From Paecilomyces variotii (lineage: Eukaryota), in assembly GCA_004022145.1 (NCBI GenBank), contig RCNU01000014.1: 64,000 bases of DNA. One strand, written 5' to 3'. Within the stretch, counting starts at the first letter, position 1. Every line of letters starts with the position of its first letter. The notes under the pieces were generated by a model that was not told the origin of the DNA, did no database searches, and was given only the letters and a program-made list of their open reading frames with translations. The translations under genes and the position numbers were made by a program. Positions 12,251 to 25,505 of this stretch are shown here, piece by piece.

Positions 12251-13983
12251 ATGAAATCTGCTCTAGCGCAGTGTCTCTCTGTGCCGCGGACAGGGAACGA
12301 AGCATCAAAACCGCCGCGATTTCTGAAATGGAGATCTTCTAAAACTTTCATCATCACCGTGGTGACCTTTGCGGTGTTTACGGTATGTTGGGAGCTCTGC
12401 TGCATGTTCGGGTTGAGTGAGATTGAACTGATATAAAATAGGACGTCTTTCTTTATGGTGTTGTCAGTTCAGCTTTCTTACGAGTTTGAGGTAGTGTACT
12501 ATAAGCACTAATTCCCTGCAGATCATTCCTGTCACCCCTACTGCTTTAGAACAGAGAGTGGGCTTGCCACCAAACGAACGTGAGTCTCTTCATACGTGTA
12601 TTCTGATGAAGCAAGTCTAATTCTCAATGCAGGCCAAAGATGGACATCTATCCTACTAGCTCTTTACGGAGCTGCTCTCTTGGCTGCCTCCCGTAAGTGT
12701 TTTTAAACCGTAATCCCATGTAGAGTCGATACTGACAACATGCAGCCATCTTTGGATATCTTGCCGATAAGATGAGATCGAAACAAGTACCTCTGATCGG
12801 AGGTCTCATCGCTTTAGGTGCCTCCACAGCCCTGCTATGCGTTGGGACCAACATGGGTCTCTGGATCGCTGGGCGGATCTTCCAGGGTATTTCTGCGGCC
12901 ATGGTATGGACCGTTGGACTGGCCCTCGCAGCAGATACCGTTGGTGTCAACGGTATTGGTGAAGCAATGGGATTCATGGGCATGGCTTTCAGCGCCGGTA
13001 CCATGGTTGGTCCTCTTATAGGCGGTATCGTCTATCAGAATGCTGGATATTATGCCGTGTTCGCTGTGGCTTTTGCTTTGATTGGAGTCGACATTCTTCT
13101 TCGACTCATCATGATTGAGAAGAAAGACGCTCAAAAGTGGCTTGATGTGCCGGAATTGCCCCTATCTACCACAGAGGAGACTGTCCAGCACACTCAGACA
13201 GGCGAAGAGATATGCACAGAAGCTCCAGCGGCCGTGTCAATACCAGAAAACACTACTGATACAGCCAACGATGAGCCTACGACACCACCCCCGAAAAAGG
13301 GGACTCGTTTGCCACCAGCACTAACACTTCTTGCAGAGAGAAGGATGATGGTGGTCCTATTTGGATATCTCGTGGTGTCCATACTCATGACCTCGTTTGA
13401 CAGTGTCCTGCCACTTTTCGTCCAAGCAACTTTTGGCTGGGAGCAGACCGGTCAAGGTCTCATCTTCGTACCTCTTCTTCTGCCTCACTTTTTCGATCCT
13501 GTCTTTGGTCGAATCATTGACCGCTATCCCACATCTGGGAGGTATTTTGCTGCCGCAGCACTCTTCTTCTCAGTGCCTGTTTACGTTCTATTGCGTCTCG
13601 TTGACCACAATTCAACAAGACAGAAAGTATTACTCTGCGCACTTCTGGTCCTTGTTGGTGCAGGCTTTGCAGGTAGTCTGTGTCCTCTTTTCGCTGAAGT
13701 ATCTTACGTTATCGATGCCAAAGAGCGCAACTCCCCTGATAGTTTTAACGGGAGCAGTGCGATCTCTCAGGGTTATGGCCTATTCAATGGCGCCTTTGCT
13801 GCAGGCAGCTTGATCGGTCCCGTCTGGGCTGGTCTCATCCGGAATGATTATGGATGGGGGACCATGGCATGGACACTAGGTCTGCTCGCAGGCGTGGCAG
13901 CTATAATACTATTCTTCCTCCTGGGTGGATGGATTGGAAATAGGAAAAAGGGCCAAGAAGAGGGCGTGACAGCCCATGCCTGA
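12251..13983 (+). CDS. MFS transporter (vesicular amine transporter/DHA1-like)
   Basis: WRSSKTFI..AVFT|DVFLYG, GYLADKMRSKQ motif A, GRIFQGISAA, GPLIGG; many TM segments; 4 short 5' introns. Confidence 0.88.
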
Positions 13984-15012
13984 TTTACGATGGAAGGTGA
14001 CGCTGACTTTCTATGAGTCGTCTCGTCGCTTCCTAGGACTCTGGAGTCTCAGTTCCCTTCTCATGTCATTCTTAATAGCTTTTTGTGGGCTGGAAAAAAC
14101 GGTACATATGGGTATGTCGTATATAGTTTTTGTATGACATTATATGGATGATAGATAGATACTCTCTACTTTGACACTGATTCGAGACATTTCATGAACG
14201 AGCTCCGTTGGCTCCCTTCGGATTTCCACAAAATAGTTTTCCTAAGGTGTGTTTGACTACATGAAGACTGCATAGAAGCGATAGATCATACATCGAAACA
14301 CCGGAAGATAGAGTCCAACGTGATACAGTGAGCTCTCGAAAGATGTCCCTTTAAGGTTATTAGATACCATATCCACTCTAGCAGGTAACTACTTCCCGTT
14401 TGAGATAGTCATTACATGGTATCTGAGCACGTTTCACAATTCTTCTGAAACAAAGCATTGTCCAGGAACCACAGTTACTTGATACTGTTTAATTAAATAT
14501 ATGTTTGACATGTTCATCAGTAAGTACCCCTCTGCCCCGCAAAGTTGATTGATTTCCCCAACCGGCACATACAAATACAGAACATCACAGCAACAACAAT
14601 TCCCAGCAATAGAAATAACCTATACATCTTCAATAATTTAAAGCAGACTACCCCGTAAAGCAGCACGACTACTCTTATCCGAATCTACAACCGAACCCAT
14701 CGGACAAAAGGTCGCTGGCCCCACGAAGCCCCACATTACTTAGCATCGGGGAGGAGAACGTTGGAGAAGAAACGAACATCTCGAAAACAGCGGGGCTCAA
14801 CAGCCGAGAGAGGAACAAGCTAATCAACTTAGGAGGTGGAAATGATGCTAGTAGTAGTAGTAATAGTTAGTAGTTGAATTAGAAGAAAAGAAATTACGAA
14901 AATGATTCTCCCATTATCGTTGCTGTCGCTGTCGCTGTTGCTGTCCTTCAGTTCGCGGGAATAGGTTATCTGGTTTCTTGACGACCTGAAGGTGAAATAA
15001 GAGAGAGAAAAA

Positions 15013-16881
15013 ATGGCAACAGTACCACTCAAGCACGATAAACTCAATGCGACTTTCCTCGGGAAAGTTGTAGAGAGTCACGGGGAGAAAATCAATGTTT
15101 TTCGTGGAATCAAGTATGCTTCCATACCGGGACGATTTGAGCTTTCGAAACCTGTCGATGATTGGGAGGGAAAAGAGGTCGATGCGACGAAATACGGGTA
15201 TGTATGCGATTCTTACTTATGTGATGGCTATTAATGCTCTGAATTCTTTTCTGGTTTTGTTTTGAATGGAATGGTGTTGGATCCTAATTGTTATCTTTTC
15301 TTGTTATGATGCAGCCCGCGTTGTCCCCAGGTGGATATCGATGTGCGACATCTACTCCGTCTACCAGAAGACTTTAAGATTGAAGACGAACCAGAGGATG
15401 AATTTGAGTGTTTGAATTTGGAAATTGCCTGTCCTGCGAACATATCTTCGTCGAAGCCTTTGCCGGTTCTATTGTGGATTTATGGTGAGTTTCGTATGAT
15501 TTAACTTCTGCGAAGATCGATCTGTGAGACGAAAGCTAATATCATTTTCTAAAGGCGGTTCACAGATCGTGACTTATTGTTCCGGCGCATCTAAGATTTG
15601 TGGTAAGTGTTGCTCTCTGTTGCGCGAATCTTTATATAGACGCTGATTGATATTCTTGTAGATACTACTCGAATAGTAGCCGATTCCATCAAAGCTGGAA
15701 AACCAATCATTGTTGTTTCCATCAACTATCGTCTCAACATCTTCAAATTCGGAGACGGCAAGGAGAAGAACCTCGATGTTAAGGACCAAAGGCTTGGAAT
15801 CGAGTGGGTGAAGAAGTACATTGCAGGATTCGGTGGTGATCCCGTAAGAATATGACGACCATCATATAGGACGGCGGGTATTTCCGATATTGACAATGAC
15901 AATAGGACAATATCACTCTAGCCGGAGAGAGTGCCGGCGCCATCTACGTCCATGTACACACAATTACAGGACCGCCTGTAAAGAGAGCAGTTTTGGCTTC
16001 TGGGTCTCTGTATCTTTCGTCTCCATTGCCGGTGGAGAGAGGAGACGCTCTCATTAAGAACCTGGAGGCAAAGACGCAGGAATTTGAAGGCAAGACACTT
16101 CGTGAGGCTTCTGTTCCCGCGCTGCTGAAGGCTCTTACTGCCTGCAACGTCAATACAATGTGGCTTCAAGAAGAAGCGGAGCTGGAGAACTGGGAGTCCC
16201 GACCGGAGCAAGTGGATGAGCTTATGATTGGCGATGTTGAATATGAGGTCAGTTCCGTTGTGATTTCTTAGCAAAATTCATTAAAGCTGACATTGTTTCT
16301 AGTCTGTTATCTGGCGAAATGGGGTCGAGCTTCTCGACGGTCAGACTATCACAGCCGCCTTTGAGCAGAACCCAGAATGGGGCACCAAGCTCCGAAAGCT
16401 TTACCACGTCGTTCCGGACAGACCAACGGCTTGCAAACTGGGCGCATTGGACCTCGTGAATGATGCCCGATACACCCTTCCGGTAGAGCTCATTTCGGAG
16501 AAAGTCCAAGCCGCAAAGAAGTCTGTCTACAGATATGTAATCGACCAACCTAACCCTTTCCAGCCGTCCAGCAGAGCGCACCATGCAGTGGACCTGCTCT
16601 TTCTCTTTGGGGGCGTGGACCTCTCGCACAACCCATCTGCAGAGGCTGTCGGCCAAGAACTACGAAACCGCTGGATACAATTCATCAACGGCGAAGCACC
16701 ATGGCCAACTGAGCGTAGGTTTGCATTTGGGCCATTGGGAGAATGCAAGGAGATCGACGAAGAGCAGTTTGCGGCGCGGCGAAGAGTCCCACAGGTAAAG
16801 GCTCTGAAGGAGGCTGGTACAGGCGTCTATCTCCCTATCGTATTTGCGTTGACCGCAGGAAGGATAAGCTTGTTGAATTAG
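15013..16881 (+). CDS. Type-B carboxylesterase (second, divergent)
   Basis: FRGIKYA, EDEFECLNL, WIYGGS, INYRLN, FGGDPDNITLAGESAG, AHHAVD. Confidence 0.88.
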
Positions 16882-16956
16882 AGAACGTGATAATGGTTAT
16901 ACAGAACAAATTTTATACTTGCACTGTGCACTGTACCCCAGTTTGGCGAACTAGAT

Positions 16957-19900
16957 CTATTCAGAATCCGAATATACAATGCCCAGGATTAATCTTCCAT
17001 TGCCCATGTTGAACCCCCAGAGACCTTGTGCCGCCTTATTCGGTAGATCCTGTGGCGTCCCCGGTTTGCGACGGCCATCACTGTAGATAGTATAGTCTGT
17101 ATATTTGCGCATTGATAAATCGAATTCCTGGTGTACAGTGCCTGTTGGGTCTGACATTTCCGTAGGTCCGCCAGCCAATGTATGGAGGTCTGTATCGCGT
17201 CGATCGCGTGGATCTTTGCCGTGAAACTAAACACCATAAGCACGGAACTGGGCATACGGAATTTACCATCACATACAGTAATCTCAAGAATTCCGTATAG
17301 TCCCGATTTTATCACCAAACGGGATATTATCTCGTTCTCCCAAAGTTGTACTTCACCACTGCGTTCCCCAAATACATAACCGACGGAACGCTTGATTCCT
17401 GAATTGTAGATGAATTCCAAGCCTGTGATGTATTTAACCCCACAATTGGAGTTTCGATATGCTGTAATGGAGACAACTCGATCGGGCTTGCCCTCAAGGC
17501 TCATGTCTTCCCAAAGAGCCCTCTCTGCAGCCATCCATGGAAACCTGGAAGAATAACTGGACGGGTGCCAAAGGACGATGCGCTCCGAACCTGTGACTGG
17601 TAATAAGAGGACTCGAGGATGGTCCCATTTGGCATTGAATGCCCAGGCAAAAAAGGCCTAGATGTAAAGGAAGATTAGCTAACGTCGGTGGATGGCAAGT
17701 GGATTGACGTACGAGTCGTTCCAGCCTATTTTCTCTGAATCGTAACTCAATATACTCCCCGACTGGAAGTAATTCTGCACTCTGGACGATCTTGAGCCTT
17801 TTCTGTGAGGTTAAAATAGACAGTCGGTCTATCCGGCCGCGGGGAAAGTTCTCGTCGAAAGAAACATCGAGTTTAGACATGCATATAGATACCTCGACAA
17901 TCCTTTCATCTGGGTCGAGGTCAACGGCATCTACCTCTGAAATCCACTGCCCAATAATCTGCGAAGGTTGTTGGTCGAAGTAATCTAACCATAACCCGGA
18001 TATCTCCCTCGGTTTTCGGGGGCGAGATACAGATCCACAAGAAAAGCGTATGCGCCTAACAGCATCGAGTGGCGCATAGGTATAAGCCTTACATCCCGAA
18101 GCTATTCCCCCGATTAGGGATGAACCCACTGAGGAGCACAAGTCGGGAGCAGATAAAGCATGATCACCTTTGATATGGTGATTAGGGTATATCGATCCAA
18201 TATAGCTTGACATAATGTCACACTGTAAGCCCAAGGTTTGAAAAACTTGATTGCCAACCTGTAGAATGAAATGTGAGCAGGTGACATTGATATTACTTGA
18301 GGTGAAGATGTGTCACGAACCCCGAGTATCGATGTAAACCCAGTGATTATTTGGCCATGAGGGGCCTTTAGAGTCTCCTTTCTGTATGTAACGTCGTTAT
18401 ACGAGCTTTCTTCGAAGGGCGCAAGAAATTGCTCCGGAATTGACTCCCCAGGACGTTCTAAATGGAGAGCATCTGGCATGAAGGTAGTATTCCTTCCAAA
18501 ATTTGTCTTGACCTAAAGACACGATATCAGTTCTCCGTTAGTCTCAAAAAAAGAAAAGAAAAAAAGAGCTTAACAGACCTGGAGAGACCAGAGGCCTATA
18601 GAACTTGAGGCTTGTTCATAGGTTATTTCCGATATTCTTTCGCCTTCAGCTGCATTAATGACGAATGAGACCTCAATTCGGCCTTGTCTCCCGTACAGAA
18701 TGGAGGAATTCCCATCATAATCAAATGTGAAACCGACAAAAGCAGCCGTTTCATCTTTCATATGTGCAGCCATCCGGGTTATCTTCCCCAGACTTTCTCC
18801 CGCGGGACCCCCAAAGTCGATATTTAAATTGGGGTTGTAGGATTGATAAGGGAGATTGCTGGGCTTTGGGATAAGAGATGTTGCGCGTGGATAATCTGGT
18901 GTCCAGATAGGCTGCACTTCGAATTCTTCAAAGCTGGGTCTCTCTGAGACTTTACAGGCGTGGTCAATATTATTACTTTGTTCAGCATCCACCAGCGCGA
19001 GGCTAATCAGCTTGAAGGCCTAAAAGAAAAGTTAAATGGGCGCCAATCTATTCGGGGAATTACTTACATCGAAGCTGCCAGCGAGCTTAAAAGAGCTGGT
19101 CTCGCATCGGAGGCATAACGTTCCAAATGCAATATCAGGTTCGCCTTTCCCGATATTTCCTACCCACGTTGACATGTGTCTGTGGGAGCGTGCATCCAAA
19201 ATAATTCTAACACCAACAATACCGTCGTCACATGTCGCCAGTTCAAAGCCGGCAAACCTTTCCTCTGGTGAGATCAGCAAGAGACCCTCTGAACTTGACG
19301 TAATATAGCCAAGGGAACATTCGGATGCGACATCTGGCTTAGTGAACAGCCGGATGCCTGAAACAAATATCCGCGCATTGAATTCGACCGTAGAAATACC
19401 AACTGCAGATATAGACTGTGCTTTTATCGAAGTATGAAGGCTCCTGATGAAGATCTCTCGAGATCCGACACGTAATAATTCGCTGTCTCCGGCCAGTAAT
19501 TCAGTAACGATGATTTTAGGCGGTGATAGTTTCTCAAGAGACCCGTTTTGTAGCCCGCCGAGAGAGAAATCAGACCAAGATGTTGCAATACCATGTAAAC
19601 GGATGCCCTGTAAGTGCAAACTTAGAAAAGAGGCGTTCCTGCTGATTATTTGCCATATCCTTTTCCGATTCTCCAAGCGTGGAAAAAACTGTGGAGTTCG
19701 TAATGCATGCTTGATTCCGAAGTAAAGACTGCGCCAATCGTAATGATTACCTAAGTGAGTAGGCAGGGCAAAGCCCATCTCAAAGTCAGGTGAAAATCGA
19801 CTTCTCCAGAAGAACTGCGATAGAGCATCGACACTAGATCTCATGGAAACCGATCTAGACGCTAATCGCAGATTCTGAATGTCGTTAGGTGGCATCCATG

Positions 19901-20615
19901 TCAGTATAAGATGGATGATCTCCATAGGAAGTTTTGCGAAAACATCAAGAGAGGAGACCTCTTCAGAAGCAATAGCCTTGTTATGATGTTTCGGTGGCAC
20001 ATGGACAGGACCTAAATAATGGATGATATCATCTATACCGGCAAATCTGGAAGGATCAAGTGCATAATAGATATATCCTCTGCTAACCATCTCTCGCAAA
20101 GGATCATCACGCCTATCACAATCCTGAAAGTTCGTTGCGCCTCCGAAGTCATGCCCAGATCGAATAAAGTTCGTTTCATTCCAAGTTGTGCAATACAAGA
20201 TGTAGAATAATAAAGTGGCGAGTTGACCCGTATCGGCAAGGGAACAAGATGTTCTTTCGCGCAAGATCTCCCAACATGCTGCGTGGAATGTAAAGGACCA
20301 GACGAAATGATCAGGGTCGTAGAAATATCCGTATGATTCCAACAATACCCCTGGAGTTCGGTAGGAATGATCCGGATCCTGCGGTGCGACAATAAACTGC
20401 GATGCGTCAAGATATCCGACACCAGTGAGATAGACAGTATGGTTTGACTCCATACGCCGTACTAGAGGACACCGACGTGAGCATTGGATAATACATGAAA
20501 ACGGCAATATGCACGAACCAGCTCTGATCTCTCGATGCCATTGCCATTTCAAATCCTTAGTCGGTGGGCCACGTCCCGGAATGTAGACGCCACATATCGT
20601 GCAGAAGGTGAGCAT
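16957..20615 (-). CDS. Large (~1100 aa) F-box protein with N-terminal Cys motif and repeated beta-rich C-terminal domains
   Basis: CTICG start, FHAACW, F-box LPMEIIHLILTWMPPNDIQNLRLASR; six exons join in frame through GT..AG introns to TAG at 16957. Confidence 0.8.
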
Positions 20616-21129
20616 CTGAAGCTTCTCTCCAGCGGTCTGGCGAGAATGGCCCGCTTCGTCATCTGAGCCTCCTGCTCTAAACGACAGATTGAAATATCCT
20701 GAACCTCTTAATAGGAAAGCTTGAATTCGGCAATCCAGCTGCGTGTCGGGAGAAGCTAGTTAGGTATTTTTGTTGGACGTCCCCCTGGCCACTAGTGGCC
20801 ACGTGATCCATGTCAGGATATATGCCGACCCCTAGTTAACTCGTAATTATTATTAAAAAGCAAGCCAGCTTCACCGCTTCCTTCGATAACTAATAATACC
20901 TCTGACTAGATGACTACCTAAGCTAGTTAGCCGGGTGAGCGGAGATCTTCGACAACATCTAGAAACTGGAGAGATAGAAAAGCTTAGATTCCTAGGTAGG
21001 TACCAAATTAGGAGGGAAAGCTCGAAGCTCTATCTACCTAACTATCTGCTGTGCGCCGATATAACCTAATAACGGAACAAGGCAGGCGATTGCCTACTAG
21101 GTCCCAGGGACCCAAAAGAACATTTGACT

Positions 21130-21666
21130 ATGGCGGCACCTCCTGCGATGACTTTGGTGACTACCAACCTCGGCTTGTTCAGTGCGCTTTCCGCTATCAA
21201 GCCTGACTCGACTGAGGTCCCGGTCTCCATTCTGTGGACGAACATTTGCCTTACCTTCTTTCCTATGGATAGTTTCAAAATCAGCAAAAAGGAAACCGTT
21301 TCAGTCGTTTTCCAAGTCCGGTTGCGACATCCGCAAGTCGTCCATCCCAATAGCTCCTCCGACCTTGAAGAAAGACAAATCTTCATTGTCGAATGCAAGC
21401 GGCCTAGTAAAGATACTCCTGCGGAGTGGGAAGCTACAGCTGGTCAATTGAGCCATTACTGTGAACAGAACCTGGACGGTTCGACAAAGATATTTGGGGC
21501 TACTGCTATCGGTACCAAAGTCAAATTTTGGAGCTACAATAAACCCCACCTCACGGAACTACACGGCGGAGTGTACGATCTCTCGGATCAATCAGGACGT
21601 GACAATGCCGAGCAGTCCTTACTGTATATCCGGGACAATGGTTGGGCTTGGACTGCGTCCGGATAG
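21130..21666 (+). CDS. Small intronless protein with PD-(D/E)XK restriction-endonuclease-like motifs
   Basis: IFIVECKR (ExK), GQLSHYC (QxxxY helix), IFGATAIGTKVKFW hairpin, as in fungal REase-fold proteins. Confidence 0.65.
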   Translation: MAAPPAMTLVTTNLGLFSALSAIKPDSTEVPVSILWTNICLTFFPMDSFKISKKETVSVVFQVRLRHPQVVHPNSSSDLEERQIFIVECKRPSKDTPAEWEATAGQLSHYCEQNLDGSTKIFGATAIGTKVKFWSYNKPHLTELHGGVYDLSDQSGRDNAEQSLLYIRDNGWAWTASG

Positions 21667-22125
21667 CCATGGGCCGTTCAGTATGAAATGCCTGGCATTT
21701 ACAACACGATGCGGAGGAACACGACCAGATCTTGGTGAGCTGGCGAGCTAGATGGCGACAGTAGCGGCAGTGCGTGGAAATTTGATTTCTTGGTAGCAGG
21801 ATAGGGGCTTGGGGTAACTCTCAGTGTCATATATTCGGAAAGTCCTGGAGACTCGTGCATATACTTCTTGGTAGCGAGGCAAATCAGATAGTTGTTGCAA
21901 CCGGTTCACGTCAACACAAATCGATCGCCTTGTCTGGTAATCGGCCTCTATTTTGGTCCCCGCGCTACGGGTCTAAGCCTAAAAATAGCAATCAACGCGC
22001 GATCATTAAGACTGAAACTTGTACATTCGCATATATAACAGGCTAACTTATGCATAAACTATCATGTCCAAGAGAATATCACAGACTGGAAACTATATGG
22101 GATATCAATTATCGCACAATGGGAA

Positions 22126-23954
22126 TCAGTGGACGCCATTTCCAACCCCGTTGGAGTGGATGGACAGACCCTTGGCCTTCTTAGCCAGGATCTCCTCTAC
22201 CTCTTTAGCGTGGCTCGAGAAGTTGTCGACCAAGTTATCCCACATCTTGGGCTCGTGTTCGTGCTTCTTGTCGCTGTTCCAGGCGTAATCGGTGATCGTG
22301 AACGGGCGGCTAGACTCGAACATAAAGGCAATCGAGCCCTGGGAGATCTGCATAATTGGCGGTGCCTGCTCGGAGGCAGCTTTGAATTCTTCATACGCGA
22401 CACCGTGGGGGACCACTATGAAGAACTGTTAGTCGAGTTCACATTGAGCCAGGGTAAGAGGGAAAACGTACTGCCACATTCGAAAGACACACTTCCAGGC
22501 TTGAACTCATCCGAACGACCGGCATAATCTCCATAGAGAAGACCCATAAGTTCCGAAGCGACGTTCCGATGATAGTAAGGGGGACGGTATGTGTCTAACA
22601 CGGGTCAGTTATTGAATGTTCTAAGAGAACTCGTCCACACTCACGTGAAGCAACATCCCATCTGGGAGAGAAAATAAGGAGATCAGCCAGGGGAGCCGTG
22701 GGATCGCGGGACTTTGCGGTCAGGATGCAGAAGATCGACGGATCGATGTGATCGACTGAGATAGAACCAACGTTGACGAATTTGGTCATATCGTACTTGT
22801 ACGGAACCTATGGATTGTGAGCCTTGAAGAATCCAGAGGGAATTGGATAATAACATACATAGTTTCCGTGCCAGGCGACAACGTCGAACGGGCTGTGATT
22901 TTGAGTGCTCTTGAAGAACTTGCCTCCCAACTTGTAGACAATCTCCCATGGCTCTTTGATGATTTCGTACTTCGCAACAGGAGTCAGGAAGTCGCGTGAA
23001 TTGGCCAGGCCATTGGCGCCCAGCGGTCCCAGTTCGGGAAGCTCAAAGTTAGCTCCCCAGATCTCCAGGATATAGCCCCGGGATGGGCCATCAGGTAGTT
23101 CGACTCGGAATCTGAGGCCGCGCTGAATAACGACAAACTCACCCGGCTGGACAAAGATGGGTCCAAACTCGGTCTGAATGTCCAAAGCTCCCTGCTGGGG
23201 AAGGATGCAGAAATCGCCGTCTGAGTTTACGAAGGCCTTCTTCTTCATGCTGGCATTGGCGGTATAGACATGCGTGGCAAGACCCTCCCTCAGTGTGGGA
23301 TCGCCAGATCCAGCGACAGTCTTCAGGCCGTCAACGAAATCGACTTCTCCCGAAGTTGGGATATCGAACGGTCTCCATGCAAGCTGGGTTGGCGACACGT
23401 GGACTCTGGGGTTGATGGGCAGGAAGTTGGCCTCTGTGTCCTTGTTATCCGGCAGGTCCGTCTATCTAAAGGTTAGTATGACCAATTGAAACAACGTGGT
23501 TGTGCATACAAATCCTTGGTGTGCCACTGCTGGGCGAGCACGATAGAGCCATGCTTTCTTGTTGGAATGGCGAGGAGCCACGAAGGCAGATGCAGTGATC
23601 TGTTCCGCGTAGAGACCGAAACGGACATTTCGGGGGTTGTTCTGGCCCTGTGGAATGGTGCCAGGAACAGCCTCAGATACGAAACTGTTATTCCCCTTAC
23701 ATCAGCGTGTTGAAATGCTAGATGCAGACTTCGTTATCACATACTGGTTGCCAAATCCAGCTTGGTACTATGTCTTCGTTAGCGCAAGTTGATAGGGGAA
23801 GTACATTTCAGTAGCCAATGAGATAATTTACCTCGTAAGGATCATTCTTTCTCGTGTTAAAAGATGGGATTGCACCATCTTTCTGAGTCTCCGCCCAGTG
23901 AAATATCTTCTGATACTCCTGGGGGTCCGAGAGACCGCTTGTTGATGCTGGCAT
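22126..23954 (-). CDS. hmgA: Homogentisate 1,2-dioxygenase (HmgA-family, probable second paralog)
   Basis: YQAGFGN, GLYAEQ, WLYR, ELPELGPLGANGLAN, HSPFDVVAWHGNY, DHIDPSIF, iron ligands in PPYYHRNVASELMGL and MVPHG, AFMFE. Confidence 0.93.
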
Positions 23955-25505
23955 GATGGACAAACTTTCGATCTGACTTCAGCACGTAAGGAAGAAGGTA
24001 CTTAATCAAGTTTCACCTAAGGATGAGTAGTATCAAAACCACAAAACGAACTGCCCTAAGTCCGTCAGGAGCGTCCGTTCATATACATGAAGCCCCGGCC
24101 TCTCATCCTCCGGTTTCCGTGGGGCTGATGACATCTGATGAGTACAGTAAGATCTTTGTCAGGACCGGGACCTTTCTCAAACAGTATAAGCTGCGACAAT
24201 CTATGGGTCATGTCGGATCATGGACCTCGACTTCTACCGGTTGATGGTATGTCTCGTGCGCGTCCAGAGAGGAATTGCTCTCTATCTTGGCGACCGGGGA
24301 GGATTGAGTTTTGCCGTGGAGATCCCAGTGGATCACCGGGGAGTGAGGAGGATGTGGGGTATATCTATGCCATATGGTAAATCATCTTCAGCAAGACGAA
24401 CAGCATCAGGAAATGGCTGCTAGATACGGAGTAATTTGAGCCTCCGGAGCGCTGCTTAACAGTGTCGAACACCGAAGTCGACTCCGTAGTTCCGGCCAAT
24501 CCCCACAACGGGGTCATCTACAACGGGGCTGACCAAGCCTCTGTGGAGAGCTTCCTGCTATAGACGGGATTCATCACTCCCTCAACTGCCGAAGTTATCC
24601 ATAATCTACTCCTCAAGAATCTTCTCGATGTTCTGAAACCGACCTCTGTTCGAAAGGTTTGTCATGCAGCTTCAAGTCTGGAAGCTTCATGTCCAGACCG
24701 ATTGTTGGCGAAGAGGTGGTTCGTAACAGTCAAGATGCCCCAACCTTTACAGTGCTGATCAAGTGAATAATGGTCAGGGTTGAATATTCTCGGTCTCCTT
24801 GATGAATTATCGCAGTTTCAATGATTTTGGAGCGTCTTTTTTGTTCCGTACCCACTTCAGACTCCATAGTGTCTTTCCCTCTGTAGACTGTCGGAGATTT
24901 CTCGAGGCGGAAGAATGTAAGCACTGGAATGGTGTTGGTAACTAGATTGGTCCTAACGAGTTAATAATGGATTTTGTCTTCAATACTGACTGACAACGCG
25001 AGTAGAAGAACGGGGAACTAGCTAACTAACTAACCTATGAGTGTAGAGATAAAACGTCCTGTCCTTCCAGCGAACATATAATGTCAAAATATGTACGATG
25101 TATGTATGAGTGGAGTGGGAATGTCTGAATATATAGCTGACGGTCTTCGCTCGTAAGTTCCGCTTCATGCGATACGACTCAATAGAGCGACGAAAGGACC
25201 ACTGCTCAGGGGCCCTGATTAGTCCCCGTTATGCGTACGGCCTCTCAATGTGTTGGACAGGGAATCTTTAGAGCGCCTGGACGCATACTTCAGCGTAATA
25301 TCACCGGTAATCGATAAGTAGGAAGATAGAAAGGAACATGTTAAACCCGTGGTCAGTGATTGATTCACTCGATAGTTCGTACTTAAAATACAAGTCTCTA
25401 TGTTCCATAGACGAAAGATGGAGCGTCATTCATCGATCTTTCACATTGGTATGCAATATATTACAACATGGAGCCTCCTCAAAACTGAGATATGCCCCTC
25501 ATGTA

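Noticed and set aside
25136-25200. Hairpin (GGTCTTCGCTC...GAGCGACGAAAGGACC) resembling a hammerhead ribozyme
   Set aside because: Core is CTGACGG rather than CTGANGA, and stems I/III cannot be built
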